Shown: piece by piece, positions 41,301-49,890 of the stretch
Layout: each line of letters opens with the position of its first letter
Position numbering within the stretch: position 1 is the first letter of the stretch
Assembly (NCBI RefSeq): GCF_001194135.2
Contig: NC_068996.1
Location: forward strand, 55,944,143-56,008,142
From: Octopus bimaculoides
Taxonomy: Eukaryota
Length of the DNA: 64,000 bases
Direction: 5' to 3'
The notes under the pieces: model-generated
Seen by the model: only the letters and a program-made list of their open reading frames with translations
The model's database searches: none
What the model was told of the DNA's origin: nothing
Made by a program: the position numbers and the translations under genes

Positions 41301-44080
41301 CAGATAATTTTGTTTTTACAATTACAAAGGCATTTATTCACTTGCATTTAGTACTCATGATTAAAATAATTAGTACTAACCCACCTTTCAGAAGTAGGTA
41401 TTACAGTTGGATTATTATCAGTATTGTAATTAATATTAAAACTAGGTGTTAACTGTATTATCAGAATTGAAATTACTTTTACTTAAAGTATGAAAATATA
41501 GTTCAGGAAAATTATCATTAGAGTTAATTCCATAATTCACATTACCAGTTCTACAGATGTATTTACAGATATATATATATGTGTGTGTTCAATTCAATTC
41601 AGCATAGTTAGTGCATTTAAGTTTTCAACAATTTCAAAAATACTCAAGCTATAGAAGAAAATGATACATTTAGATATTTAAATAAATAATATTGCTAGGA
41701 GGAGGCATAATTGTGGGGTTTAGAAACTTGTCTCTCAACCATATATTTCAAGGTTTAGTCCCACTGCATGGCACCTATAACCTCTCAGGTTGGCTAAAGC
41801 TTTTTGAGTGAATTTAGCAGACAGAAACTGAAAGAAATACTTCTTATCTTAGTATAGTAATAGTACTGTTTTCTTCATTTGCTATTTTAGCACTGTTTAA
41901 ATTGCTTTCATTTTAATTCCAGGTGTTGACCGATTCTATAAGGATATTGAACTCATGATTGGTTACCAGCCGTGTCGATGGTGGAAGATATCCTGGTGCT
42001 TTGTCACACCTGCAGTTATTTTGGTAAATCTACACTTATAAATCATAATCATTATAAATCATAATCATTTGTAATGTGACACAACCTCATAAAAAATATT
42101 TTTAACAACAGAACTTAATTCTTGAAATTTCAAAATATCCATCCATCTGACCATCCAGCCATCTTCTCCACTCACTATTCTTGGAAGAATTGTTTTGATA
42201 GGACTTTGTGTGGCCCAAGGTGCCACACAGTGAAATTGAACCCAGAACTATGTAGAATTAATTTAATCAATATGAGGATTTTGATACTAGATATTTTATT
42301 GGATTCAGGTATAAAGAGCAAGTAATACTTTCAAAGTTTCATCTCTGAAAATATATTTTAAACCCTTTTATCAGATAATAAAAGAAGAAGCATTCTGCAT
42401 GACAAAGTACCTTTGCAGTGTTTAGTTATGCCTCTACTTTCTGCAATGATTTGTTGTGCAAACGCAACAAAATACAAATGTGTGAAGAGAAAAATTGGGC
42501 ATAAGAGGCATCAGGTGTGGTGTGCAGGAAGGATGACTGCACTGGTATTGGCATGTGATGCAGATGGATGAGGATGATGCAGTCTCCATCTCTAATCATC
42601 TGTTACATTCTTTTCAAGCTCTAATCCACTCACCTACCCACCTACCTTTTCCTCTCCCTCCATCCTGTTCTCTCTCCCATATTCACCATGCACCTTGACC
42701 TCACATCTCTCTCTCTTTCACTTTCCAGGTGGGCAAGTCATCCATTCACCTTTTCCTGCCCCTTTGTCACACTTTCATATCCCATAATACTACACCACAC
42801 TCAATTGAGGAATCTTATTTTGTAGGTACTTTGTGACCTTATCAATGCTGGTATCATGTAAAAAGCGCCCTCTGTACATTCTGTGAATTGGTTGGCATTA
42901 AGAAGGGTATCCAGCTGTAGAAACCATGCCAAAGCAGACATTGGAGCTTGGCACAGCCCTCTCCATGGTCAGTTCATGTTCAACTGTCCAACGTGTGCCA
43001 ACATGGAAAAAGGGGACATTAAATGATAATGATTTTATATGTGTGTTTGTGTGTGCGTGCATACTTGCATGCATGCATGTATGTATACACACTCATTTTT
43101 GTACCTCTATCATACTTTCAAATCCATCTCTCAGTACTACACACTACTCAAAGCAAAGTCTTGTCTTGCAAGTTCTTGGTGACTCCAGTTCCTGTCAACT
43201 TTTCCAACTCATGCTGGCTAGAAAAAAAATTATGCTAGATAAAGATAGTTTGTTGTTATTTAAAACTATTTTCTATCATGGTGCTAAGTTTACATTCTAA
43301 ATAGCCTTTTCTTTTCTTTTTTTGCTTAGTTCATTTGGCTTTTCAGTGTTTCTACATTAGGACCAGTGACATACGGTGACATTGAATATCCACCATGGGC
43401 CATAAGATTTGGCTGGATTCTTGGATTAGTTTCTTTGGTTCCAGTTCCTTTGGTGATGATATATTCCATTTACAGAGCTGAAGGAACATTTATGGAAGTA
43501 TGTAGTTGTTGCCATCTTATTCTGTTCCATTTTTCTTGTCTTTCTTTTACAATCTCTCTTTCTTTTACAATCTCTCTTTCTTTTACAATCTCTCTTTCTT
43601 TTACAATCTCTACCTTATCTCATATCTTATCTTCCTAATCTTTTATTCTCCCTCAGGGTTGATATATCTATTTAGAAAGAATTCACATTTGCCTCAATGA
43701 GCCAAATAACACACAAAGAAATGTACAGAACGAAACAAACCTCAACCAAACTAAAAGCCAAAAGAACAGAAAACACACACGCATCCAAACATACACACAC
43801 ATGCACACATACACATGCACACACACACCCTTAGTTACTATATCTTTGATTCAATTGATTGAAATATTTCCACTCAATTACTGCAAAATTAATGACTAGA
43901 ATATATCAATAATTAATATATGACCAGTTTAGAACTTGTTTCTTTCTAATGTTTCAATGTTATTAAACATTTTCTCTTTTTTTCCCTTTTTTACAGAGAG
44001 TAAAATTGCTGATTAAGCCAGCTCCAAACTGGGGCCCAGTCCTACCAGAAAACCGCAAGCTTTATTTGGCTTCACTCTAA
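170..44080 (+). CDS. SLC6/NSS sodium- and chloride-dependent transporter, amino-acid (glycine/proline/ATB0,+-like) branch; 5'-partial, 11 exons visible
   Basis: join(170-458,1907-2039,3261-3395,5628-5731,7472-7596,9404-9516,38580-38711,39976-40075,41923-42023,43330-43497,43997-44080). All introns are GT-AG, phases are consistent, and the 1484 nt give an uninterrupted frame with SLC6 motifs [52 protein letters not shown]. Exact orthologue cannot be assigned. Confidence 0.96.
523..1495 (+). mobile_element. tRNA-derived CORE-like SINE (family A, tail type 2), split by a mariner fragment
   Basis: Head tgtgtggttaagaagtttgcttcccaac...ttcagtcccactgc at 523-635 and tail ccaccacttgacaactgatgctgg at 1381-1495 match the intact copy at 9972-10410. 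Confidence 0.65.
970..1341 (-). mobile_element. mariner (cecropia/Hsmar1-like) 5' fragment with left TIR
   Basis: ORF 970-1152 [60 protein letters not shown] is a mariner N-terminal HTH; terminus TA-TTAGGTTGTCAAGAAAGTTCTTGCGG ends at 1341. Confidence 0.92.
1590..1793 (-). mobile_element. TTAA-CCCT-ended MITE-like fragment (second family)
   Basis: Ends gtaacaaaagggTTAA; the reverse complement resembles the copy starting TTAAcccttttgttag at 18541. Confidence 0.5.
1907..2039 (+). CDS. SLC6 exon b (EL2 end, TM4)
   Basis: ttttag|G AGA CAA...GGA AAG|gtaatt; [44 protein letters not shown] (absent from ORF track). Confidence 0.95.
2140..2267 (+). mobile_element. RTE-derived 3' tail fragment (SINE A tail type 1)
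   Basis: gggttggtgacaggaagggcatccagctgtagaaa...ggacattaaatgatggtgatg. Confidence 0.7.
2440..3146 (-). mobile_element. RTE-clade (REX3/Expander-like) LINE remnant
   Basis: ORF 2803-3141 ...[36 protein letters not shown], with frameshifted [15 protein letters not shown] 21-nt internal segment is duplicated at 2813 and 3126. Confidence 0.8.
3261..3395 (+). CDS. SLC6 exon c (TM5)
   Basis: ttgcag|TTG ATG...TTC CAA|gtaagt; 135 nt; [45 protein letters not shown]. Confidence 0.95.
3451..3891 (+). mobile_element. full SINE family A with RTE-derived tail (type 1)
   Basis: tRNA-like head, ctttgggcaagtgtcttct CORE-like block, internal TA/TG repeat, tail aagggcatccagc...gcatggaaaa...(gat)n; 13-bp direct repeat attgtagaggcac at 3438-3450 and 3892-3904. 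Confidence 0.85.
4745..4953 (-). mobile_element. tRNA-derived SINE family B
   Basis: Reverse complement of the ggtg..tggcagaat..ttctgagttcaaatt..ctttgcctttcatcc..aagtaccagttg consensus seen at 13303 and 18801. Confidence 0.8.
5474..5560 (-). ncRNA. degenerate Penelope-type hammerhead motif
   Basis: Minus strand: GATTTTACCC...GGGCAAAATC stem II followed by GAAAC-AGCT-GCA. The CUGANGA core has decayed to ATGATAT. Confidence 0.35.
5628..5731 (+). CDS. SLC6 exon d (TM6)
   Basis: tcaaag|GTG TGG...TAT AA|gtaagt; 104 nt; [35 protein letters not shown]. Confidence 0.96.
5941..6086. repeat. imperfect inverted repeat, about 146 bp
   Basis: ctctgatctccagta/tactggaaattagag, tgatcatc..agctgaaaaactgagc/gcttggtttacagctgatgatca, ttttcctttt/aaaaggaaaa. 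Confidence 0.75.
6115..6303 (-). mobile_element. RTE 3'-end copy
   Basis: (cat)n tail, then ttaatgtccattgtccata...tttctatggctagatgctcttcctaataccaaccactct. Confidence 0.75.
6728..6824 (-). ncRNA. degenerate type I hammerhead ribozyme motif
   Basis: Minus strand: GTTCC-CTGAAGT-cttgttat...ataatgg-T-GAAAC-GTGT-GTA-GGAAC; perfect 5-bp stem I, core A9 replaced by T. Confidence 0.55.
6915..7110 (-). mobile_element. SINE-like dispersed repeat fragment (unassigned family)
   Basis: atggcactc...ttccagttgattcgatcaacagaac...gtggctgagcactccacagacatgtgtacc...tgtgacaaggccggccctttgaa, recognised from memory as a common octopus repeat. Confidence 0.45.
7143..7324 (-). mobile_element. piggyBac-type MITE (decayed, reverse orientation)
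   Basis: Ends tgaatgttaaagggtta; internal sequence is the reverse complement of 30542-30772. Confidence 0.6.
7472..7596 (+). CDS. SLC6 exon e (TM7)
   Basis: tttcag|G GAT GCA...CAA G|gtaagc; 125 nt; [42 protein letters not shown]. Confidence 0.96.
8255..8443 (+). mobile_element. young 5'-truncated RTE 3' end
   Basis: gcccggtggcacgtaaaagcacccactacactctcggagtggttgg...gcatggaaagcggatgttaaatgatgatgat; nearly identical to 61261-61443; CpGs retained. Confidence 0.88.
8530..8790. repeat. unclassified dispersed repeat, similar to 35590-35830
   Basis: Shared blocks tgaaatagtttacatcca.catgc and ggttccacatt. Confidence 0.45.
8940..9370 (-). mobile_element. second REX3/Expander-like RTE remnant
   Basis: Minus translation [40 protein letters not shown]; homologous to 2440-2900. 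Confidence 0.75.
9404..9516 (+). CDS. SLC6 exon f (EL4, TM8)
   Basis: ttacag|GT CCT GGC...AGC CAG|gtaaga; 113 nt; [38 protein letters not shown]. Confidence 0.96.
9972..10410 (+). mobile_element. full SINE family A with tail type 2
   Basis: Head (ggttcagtcccactgc..cttgggcaagtg..ctatagcctc..gaaacagaaagaa), TA/TG hinge, tail ccacttgacaa..ggcaaaagag..ccaatgactgaaac. Confidence 0.8.
11761..12238. mobile_element. foldback/MITE-like element with 164-bp terminal inverted repeats
   Basis: 11761-11924 (ataacagtttggctcagctc...ggtattattg) aligns colinearly with the reverse complement of 12075-12238; 150-bp spacer. Confidence 0.85.
12776..13215 (-). mobile_element. R4/Dong-like RLE LINE 3' end
   Basis: Minus translation [28 protein letters not shown]...[14 protein letters not shown]; homologous to 59483-60156; (TAA)n at both ends. 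Confidence 0.7.
13303..13637 (+). mobile_element. SINE family B with (ATT)n tail
   Basis: A-box tggcagaattgttag, B-box gagttcaaattcc, ctttgcctttcatcc core, long ATT tail. Confidence 0.85.
14820..15440 (-). mobile_element. older RTE-type 3' UTR with pyrimidine-rich segment
   Basis: (cat)n tail and ccatgctagc..gtttctgtggttggacgccctcc; similar to 19880-20610 and 42470-43030. Confidence 0.6.
15621..15717 (-). ncRNA. type I hammerhead ribozyme motif with intact core (Penelope-type)
   Basis: Minus strand: CATTAAAGGCT-CTGATGA-A-GCTAT...ATAGC-A-GAAA-C-AGCT-G-TA-AACTAATG: CUGAUGA, stem II, GAAA, minimal stem III with palindromic AGCT loop, GUA cleavage triplet. Confidence 0.7.
16720..17118 (-). mobile_element. 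CR1/Jockey-group LINE RT fragment
   Basis: [11 protein letters not shown] (decayed YADD), [48 protein letters not shown]; cut by a gap. Confidence 0.8.
17129..17881 (+). repeat. 208-bp direct duplication (17129-17336 = 17674-17881), probable assembly artefact
   Basis: Sequences appear identical; the first copy is bracketed by two 10-N gaps. Confidence 0.8.
18060..18480 (-). mobile_element. HERO/NeSL-like RLE LINE 3' end
   Basis: Minus translation [46 protein letters not shown], matching the RGF...AAEK.S.WIW.KR C-terminal pattern. Confidence 0.6.
18541..18790 (+). mobile_element. TTAA-CCCT MITE-like fragment (second family), internally repeated
   Basis: Starts TTAAcccttttgttagcat; the block tgaaatacactgc..tttggaaatt..aatttagtaaaataa occurs twice. 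Confidence 0.5.
18801..19031 (+). mobile_element. SINE family B
   Basis: aaggtgacaagctggcagaactgttag...gagttcaaat...ctttgcctttcatcc...aagtaccagttg. Confidence 0.85.
19880..20610 (+). mobile_element. older RTE-type 3' UTR
   Basis: Pyrimidine-rich segment followed by gagtggttggggttaagaagggcatccagctgtagaaac...ggacattaaatgatgatgat. Confidence 0.65.
20610..21050 (-). mobile_element. internally deleted Tc1/mariner-superfamily (maT-like) transposase remnant
   Basis: Minus translation [26 protein letters not shown]...[15 protein letters not shown]...[20 protein letters not shown], then jumps to a C-terminal VIKAD.SFIE*. Confidence 0.75.
21553..21800 (+). mobile_element. SINE family A (head + hinge)
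   Basis: ggcacaagaatggctgtgtggtaagaag...ttcccaaccacatggttctgggttcagttccactg; followed by a MITE at 21817. Confidence 0.8.
21817..22044 (+). mobile_element. piggyBac-type MITE
   Basis: tgaa-ccttttagcattcag...tttaaatgctaaagag-ttca (decayed TTAA/TIR). Confidence 0.75.
22497..22850 (-). mobile_element. SINE family A, tail type 2
   Basis: ggccaagctggggcactgccttgaaggg...ggttgtcaagtg...cttctttcagtttccgt...gggaagcaaac. Confidence 0.75.
24322..24387. repeat. 20-bp minisatellite x3
   Basis: (acacacacagaaataaatct) repeated. Confidence 0.7.
25085..25370. repeat. near-perfect palindrome: 131-bp arms, 24-nt loop
   Basis: 25085-25215 versus 25240-25370 with only a few mismatches. Confidence 0.93.
25542..26767 (-). 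mobile_element. near full-length decayed maT (DD37D-type) Tc1/mariner element, about 1.23 kb
   Basis: TIRs CAGGGTGCCCCAGAAAGATTT / CAGAGGTTGTCCCAGAAAGATTT within TA repeats; HTH fragment 26428-26667; [44 protein letters not shown]. Confidence 0.88.
27134..27364 (+). mobile_element. piggyBac-type MITE, 231 bp including TTAA duplications
   Basis: TTAA-CCCTTTAGCATTCAG...TTTAAATGGTAAAGGG-TTAA. Confidence 0.85.
29594..29897. repeat. near-perfect palindrome with 2-nt loop and a 39-nt unpaired insert
   Basis: taaagaataaaaagttttgaatggtac...ggcttttc-tt-gaaaagcc...gtaccattcaaaactttttattcttta. Confidence 0.92.
30542..30772 (+). mobile_element. piggyBac-type MITE, 231 bp including TTAA duplications
   Basis: TTAA-CCCTTTAGCATTCAG...TTTAAATGCTAAAGGG-TTAA; perfect 12-bp TIR. 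Confidence 0.88.
31520..32110 (-). mobile_element. SINE family A, tail type 2 (expanded hinge)
   Basis: Tail tttcaatcactggactgcagccatg...caagtggtggtgggggacaaacac; head cttgtccaaagtgccatgcagg...cttcttaccacag. Confidence 0.7.
34150..34949 (-). mobile_element. two tandem copies of a CORE-like SINE (family D) separated by a TA microsatellite
   Basis: 34150-34428 and 34655-34949 share ttgaccaga.ta..aga.gtt..tac and gtccatc.ca..gt..ccc..t..c.g.tg..tggact; tRNA-like ends. Confidence 0.6.
36518..36742 (+). mobile_element. piggyBac-type MITE
   Basis: TTAA-tccttcagcattcag...tttaaatgttaaaggg-ttca. Confidence 0.75.
37527..37716. repeat. compound trinucleotide microsatellite (ATT/ACT/GTT)
   Basis: Direct reading. 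Confidence 0.9.
37719..38395 (+). mobile_element. two head-to-tail SINE family B copies with ATT tails
   Basis: 37719-37980 and 38030-38395 each carry ggtgagctg..cag, gagttcaaattc, tcatccttt.ggggttgat; end about 185 nt before exon g. Confidence 0.85.
38580..38711 (+). CDS. SLC6 exon g (TM8 end, TM9)
   Basis: tatcag|TTT GGG...ACT CAG|gttagt; 132 nt; [44 protein letters not shown]; continues DSQ|F across a 29 kb intron. Confidence 0.94.
39288..39430 (-). mobile_element. SINE family A head
   Basis: ggctatagtagaaaacactttcccaag...gtgggactgag...gggaagcaaac..ataccacacagcc. Confidence 0.7.
39976..40075 (+). CDS. SLC6 exon h (TM10)
   Basis: ttacag|GGT GGA...TAT G|gtatat; 100 nt; [34 protein letters not shown]. 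Confidence 0.95.
40785..40830 (+). mobile_element. young RTE 3' end emerging from an assembly gap
   Basis: gctagcatggaaagcggacgttaaacgatgatgatgatg. Confidence 0.75.
41697..41835 (+). mobile_element. decayed SINE family A head
   Basis: tttagtcccactgcatggcacc...gagtgaatttagcagacagaaactgaaagaa. Confidence 0.6.
41923..42023 (+). CDS. SLC6 exon i (IL5, TM11)
   Basis: ttccag|GT GTT GAC...ATT TTG|gtaaat; 101 nt; [34 protein letters not shown]. Confidence 0.95.
42470..43030 (+). mobile_element. older RTE copy: ORF C-terminus + 3' UTR
   Basis: [29 protein letters not shown], then pyrimidine-rich UTR and aagggtatccagctgtagaaac...ggacattaaatgataatg. Confidence 0.7.
43330..43497 (+). CDS. SLC6 exon j (TM12)
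   Basis: gcttag|TTC ATT...ATG GAA|gtatgt; 168 nt; [56 protein letters not shown]. Confidence 0.94.
43539..43610 (+). repeat. 18-bp minisatellite x4 (tctttcttttacaatctc)
   Basis: Four perfect units starting 42 nt into the last intron. Confidence 0.92.
43997..44080 (+). CDS. SLC6 terminal exon (short C-tail)
   Basis: ttacag|AGA GTA...CTC TAA; [27 protein letters not shown], with the SLC6 C-terminal P.P.WGP motif. Confidence 0.92.
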   Translation, partial: RVKLLIKPAPNWGPVLPENRKLYLASL

Positions 44081-44162
44081 ATTTTAAAATGAAAAGTATG
44101 TATACAACAAAATGGAGAGGAAAAAAGAAAACAGAAAAGCATAAAAATGTTTCTAAATGAGG

Positions 44163-44444
44163 AATAAAAGGAAGAAAAAAGAAATGAAAAACAACAGAAC
44201 ACACAATTGGAATCTCAATCTGATTGAACCATGAGATCTGTTAAAATGGAAGAAGTCAGAGCGACTCCTAATCCAAAATGAGAAAAGATACAAAGAAATC
44301 TATAAATAGAACAAGAGAATAAATGAAGTAAATAACTGAAATTACCTAAATATAGATATGATGTATATTATTAGTCTTGGAGTAGAGAAACAGCTGTCTG
44401 GTTTTCAATTTTGATTATTGTCACCAATTATCGGGCAGAATAAA
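44163..44444 (+). promoter_or_regulatory. candidate polyadenylation signals of the SLC6 gene
   Basis: AATAAA at 44163, 44318 and 44439 downstream of the stop. The region is A-rich, so these could be chance hits. Confidence 0.35.
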
Positions 44445-44501
44445 TAATAGACATTAAATTTACTGCTGAAATTTTCACCACACTTTATTTTGTTAACAGG
44501 A

Positions 44502-44542
<41 letters not shown>

Positions 44543-44556
44543 CATATATGTTTGTG

Positions 44557-44663
<107 letters not shown>

Positions 44664-44921
44664 GTAAATGTATATATATATACATATATATGAGTGTGTG
44701 TATCGATATAAACATGAAAAAATTCTCAAATGATATTAAATGTATAAACAAATGTATACGTATGTATATCTACATACATATACACACACATATATATACA
44801 TACACACATACACACAAAAATATATGTATATATGTATACACTTATATATATATAGTGCGCACACACATACATATATAGGCATGTGTGTAGAGATAAATAT
44901 ACAAACACAAAGCTATATGTG

Positions 44922-44971
<50 letters not shown>

Positions 44972-45263
44972 CTTGTGTATGTCTGTGTGTGAGGGGTGTG
45001 GATATATGCATATAATAAACATATATATGTGTGTATGTGTGTGTGTGTGTGTAGACATATAAACATTTTTTTAAATTAACAACAATATACCTCTCCTAAA
45101 ATAGAAGGTATGTTTCACTATGCAGTGAAATAAATGCATAGAAAATGTCCAGTAACTAAGGCAGTCAGAAATACTATATCTCTGGGCATTTTTGATTCTG
45201 TTTTTCCTTTTCTTTTTATTATAATTATCATTATCATTTTTATTATTATTATTATTATTATTA

Positions 45264-45327
<64 letters not shown>

Positions 45328-45546
45328 CATTATTATTATTATTATTATTGTGTAATTCTTTTTGGGGCTTCTACGTATTCAACAAATTATTTACATTCAT
45401 CATTAGCATCCTTTCTCATTCTTATTCTTATTATTATAGTACCAATCAGGTACTGGGGATTGATCTAATCAGCTTTTTATTAACCCCCACTAACTTCTGG
45501 CCTCGTGCTAATGTTAGAAAAAATGTTATCATCGTCATCATCATCA

Positions 45547-45582
<36 letters not shown>

Positions 45583-45598
45583 CATCATCACCATCATC

Positions 45599-45642
<44 letters not shown>

Positions 45643-46031
45643 TATTATCAATATTGTTCTAAGCACTGTGATGTGTGATGTGTTAATTCATTCCCCCCAC
45701 CTCCCCCTGATAAATCAGATTAAGAATCCAGTTTGATTCCCATTTCATTTACATCATTAGTATTCTTTGGAGAAGAATGAGCCTAACAACCTCTTCTTGC
45801 AATTCTTAAGGCTGTATGCTTGTTTAATTAAAAAAAAAGAATTTCATTTATACATCTGTGGTTGTGCACATGTGTATATATTTGAGCGAATGGTTTATAT
45901 ATGTGTGCATACATGCATATGTACATACATATACACACAATTATATATATATATGTAGATATATATATATATATATATACACATACACACACATATATAT
46001 ATATATATAAATATACATATATGTGTGTGTG

Positions 46032-46063
<32 letters not shown>

Positions 46064-46093
46064 GTATATATNNNNNNNNNNNNNNNNNNNNNN

Positions 46094-46126
<33 letters not shown>

Positions 46127-46808
46127 CATACATTTTATACAGAAAAATCTTTTTGCTTTATGCTTAATACAAACATGGTAAACAAAGATATTTTTGACTG
46201 ATTATTTTTTGTTTTAAAAATTTTTTTATATTTTTTAACATCTCTTACTGTCCATTATATATATATATGTATATAAACACATATATACATATATATATAT
46301 ATATGCATACATATATGTATGCGAGTATATATGTATATATATGTGTGTGTGAGTGTGTGCCTGTATGGATATGTATGTGTGTGTGTGTATATATATGTAT
46401 ATAGGTACACACACATATGCATATACATATAGACATAATTATATGCACATTATATATGCATTATTTATATGTATATATATATACACATGTGCATATATAT
46501 GTATATTACATACATGTATATGTGCATATAATGTCTATATATGCATTTGTGTATATATATGTATACTTACATATCCATACACACACATATATAAATTTAC
46601 ACACACTCATAATGTACACACACACATATACATGCATAGTCCTAGAAGTATATAATATCAGGTGCCTAAAATCCTTTGCCTTGTCTATGCAACTTGCAGC
46701 TAAAGAAAATTACGAAACTGATTTTGTAAAATAATTTGTTTAATTTTGATTATCTAATCTCATTATGTAACACACACACAAACGCACGCACACACACATA
46801 CACACACA

Positions 46809-46850
<42 letters not shown>

Positions 46851-47103
46851 ACTGAGATATGTAATAAGAATATTTGTAGGGTTCAAAAAATTACAAAATA
46901 TTTGCAGATGCTATATATTATTATTATTATTATTATTATTATTATGAAACTAACGTATATTTTGTGTTAACAGCAAAAAGCAAGAAAGTATGTATGTATA
47001 TATTGATCTTATAAATATACAAACCCCAAAAAATACATATGAAGCTTAGAATATTAGTATTGTTATTCTTCTTCTTATTATTATTAATTTGACTTTTATG
47101 AAT

Positions 47104-47330
47104 GGCAGTGCACTGTGGTAGAATTGTCATATCAGCAGACAAAATATATTGTGGTATTTCTTTTGGTTCCTTACGTTTTCATTTTGAATCCCAGCATGGA
47201 CAATTCTGCCTTTTATCCTTCTGGGATTGACAAAATAAATTAATTATCAATTACTGAGTCAATGCTATCAACTAATTCCCTTCCCCTAAATTTGGTGCCT
47301 AAATTAGAAGCAATTATTATTATTATTGGA
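47104..47330 (+). mobile_element. decayed SINE family B
   Basis: ttctgccttttatccttctgggattgacaaaataaat...ccttcccctaaattt; ATT tail. Confidence 0.6.
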
Positions 47331-48075
47331 AACAAAAGTTTGAAATCAAAATTTAAGCATACATACATATATGTATATATGTGTGTGTACATATATACAT
47401 ATGGATGAAATCTAGTTACACACACACATACACACACACACACACACGCACACATTCATATATATATANNNNNNNNNNNNNNNNNNNNNNNNNNNNNNNN
47501 NNNNNNNNNNNNNNNNNNNNNNNNNNNNNNNNNNNNNNNNNNNNNNNNNNNNNNNNNNNNNNNNNNNNNNNNNNNNNNNNNNNNNNNNNNNNNNNNNNNN
47601 NNNNNNNNNNNNNNNNNNNNNNNNNNNNNNNNNNNNNNNNNNNNNNNNNNNNNNNNNNNNNNNNNNNNNNNNNNNNNNNNNNNNNNNNNNNNNNNNNNNN
47701 NNNNNNNNNNNNNNNNNNNNNNNNNNNNNNNNNNNNNNNNNNNNNNNNNNNNNNNNNNNNNNNNNNGTATTTTGGGCTATTCATCTTCAAGTGTATATCT
47801 AAAATAGTTATGCATATATCTATAAGAAGTATAAGAAAAGGAAAAAAAATTCTAGTTGTAGACAATCTTTAATTCATAATCCAAGTCGGTACAGATCCAA
47901 TATAAATTCCACAAATTGTTTTGGAGTCTAATTAATTCCAAAGACAAAAACGAAAAACTCTTCTTGTAATAAAAATTAGATTCTTAGTCAGGAATTACAT
48001 ATTAGTATGAATAATTACGACCAATAAAAATATAAAAAGACCTTTTATAGCCCAGATGGGAATGAACAAATAATA

Positions 48076-48118
<43 letters not shown>

Positions 48119-49854
48119 AATGTAATAACTCAGTCAACAGTAACTAGATTCCATATAGACATTTGTAATACCTATCACCAAGGCAATGGACAATTGGACT
48201 GGATATTCTTTAGTGTCTAACTACTGTATTAGAGTAAGTTTTATTTATTTTTTTTTGTCTCTAGGATTGATAGAAATATGTTTGGAAGGATTCAATTGAT
48301 AATCAGTTAACTAATGTTATTTGAGTCCACTAACATATATTATTATTATTATTTTTATTATCATTATTATTATTATTATTGCTATTATCTAGACAGCCAT
48401 CATAGCAGAGAGGTAAGTGTAGGTTCAGTTCCTCATTGTGTTATATTTCCCCTTTTGCTTAACCAATATTGCTTATATATTCCTGGGATAGGTACGAATG
48501 TCAAAATATTCTTACTTGTCCAAAAAGGCATATCCTCATCACAGTTATGACAGTAACATGTAGCAAGGTTTCTCGGTGCCCTGGGGGAGTGGAGGACAAA
48601 GATAGTTTTGATGTGTAAGGAACAACAAGCACCATATTATACTCTGCGGGTAAAATTCCAAGTACATCTTCACAATTGTGTGCTTGGGTTGAACTGCTCT
48701 TTCTTGCTACACCTCTGAATTATTAATTATTGCTATTATTAATATTTTGATGAAAATGGTGGAGGAAGATGTCATGTAGCAAGACATGATTTTCTTACAC
48801 CCCCTCCCCCTGTGTTTCAATTCCCGGTTAAAATTCAATTTATTTCCTTTATGCTGCAACTGCCCTTAATTATAACGACAGCCATGATCCTCATGAGTTT
48901 CACAAATATCATTTGCAATCCCATTTTTCTTCTTTATTAAATCATGACCTTATGCATATAATGATAAAAATTATTGTTGTTGTTGTTGTCTAAAATGGAT
49001 TTGGCACAAGTGATAAGCAAGTTACACTTGATCGCATTTCACATGGCATCTAGTTTCACTTGCTGTTTTGTTTTCGCTTTGTTTGAATTAATGTTATAAA
49101 AGGATGTTGCTATTCATGCATCAGTTTTTTTTTTTTTTCACAAAAAAGGAAAAAAAGAGAGCATCAGAAATATGCTATGGGCCTGATTCAAAGAATTCAG
49201 CTGCCCCACCACTTTTTCCCTTTAAAGTGTTTCATGATTGGGCTTTGTTGTTCCATCATAGAAACTTGCCGACTTGCATATTCTTTTATCTCTGTTGCTT
49301 TCCATGTTTGTTTCACACGGAACAGAAAAACTTCTTTAATTTGCAATAGACTCAACTAGATTCCACTTTGGCAACAAGAATCTAGTATTTTTTATTATCA
49401 TTTTCTTTTAATTTTTTTTTTTAATATAAAATCTTGTTATATAACTAAATATATTAGTGTGTCTGTGTATGTGTGTATGTATATTTCTACTACACAAATA
49501 CACACACACACACATATATATATATACATACATATATATCTATATGCATACAAATATATATGTGTGTGTGTATGTGTGTATAAACATGCATTTATACATA
49601 TGCACACATATCTATGTACGTAATGTGTGTGTATATAATTCCCATTGTAATACTATACCACCATTATGACAAATGAACAAGACTATTCATATGTAAACTA
49701 CTAATATACTTATATATATATAATCTTTTTTTGCTATATTAATGTTTATTGGTATGTATGAATATATAAAATGCATACAAACCAGGGTATATAAATGTAT
49801 TTAATCAGTGCGCATAACCGATATATTATGTTCACATATATATCTTATATACAA

Positions 49855-49890
<36 letters not shown>

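Noticed and set aside
44081-44281. E/K/Q-rich in-frame sequence after the stop resembling a fossil C-terminal tail
   Set aside because: It has several in-frame stops, and the one other frame I translated looks equally open and K/E-rich, so A-rich UTR composition explains it.
48430-48640. About 69-codon open frame on the minus strand containing CYCHNC
   Set aside because: No start codon, no convincing splice pair and no recognisable domain.
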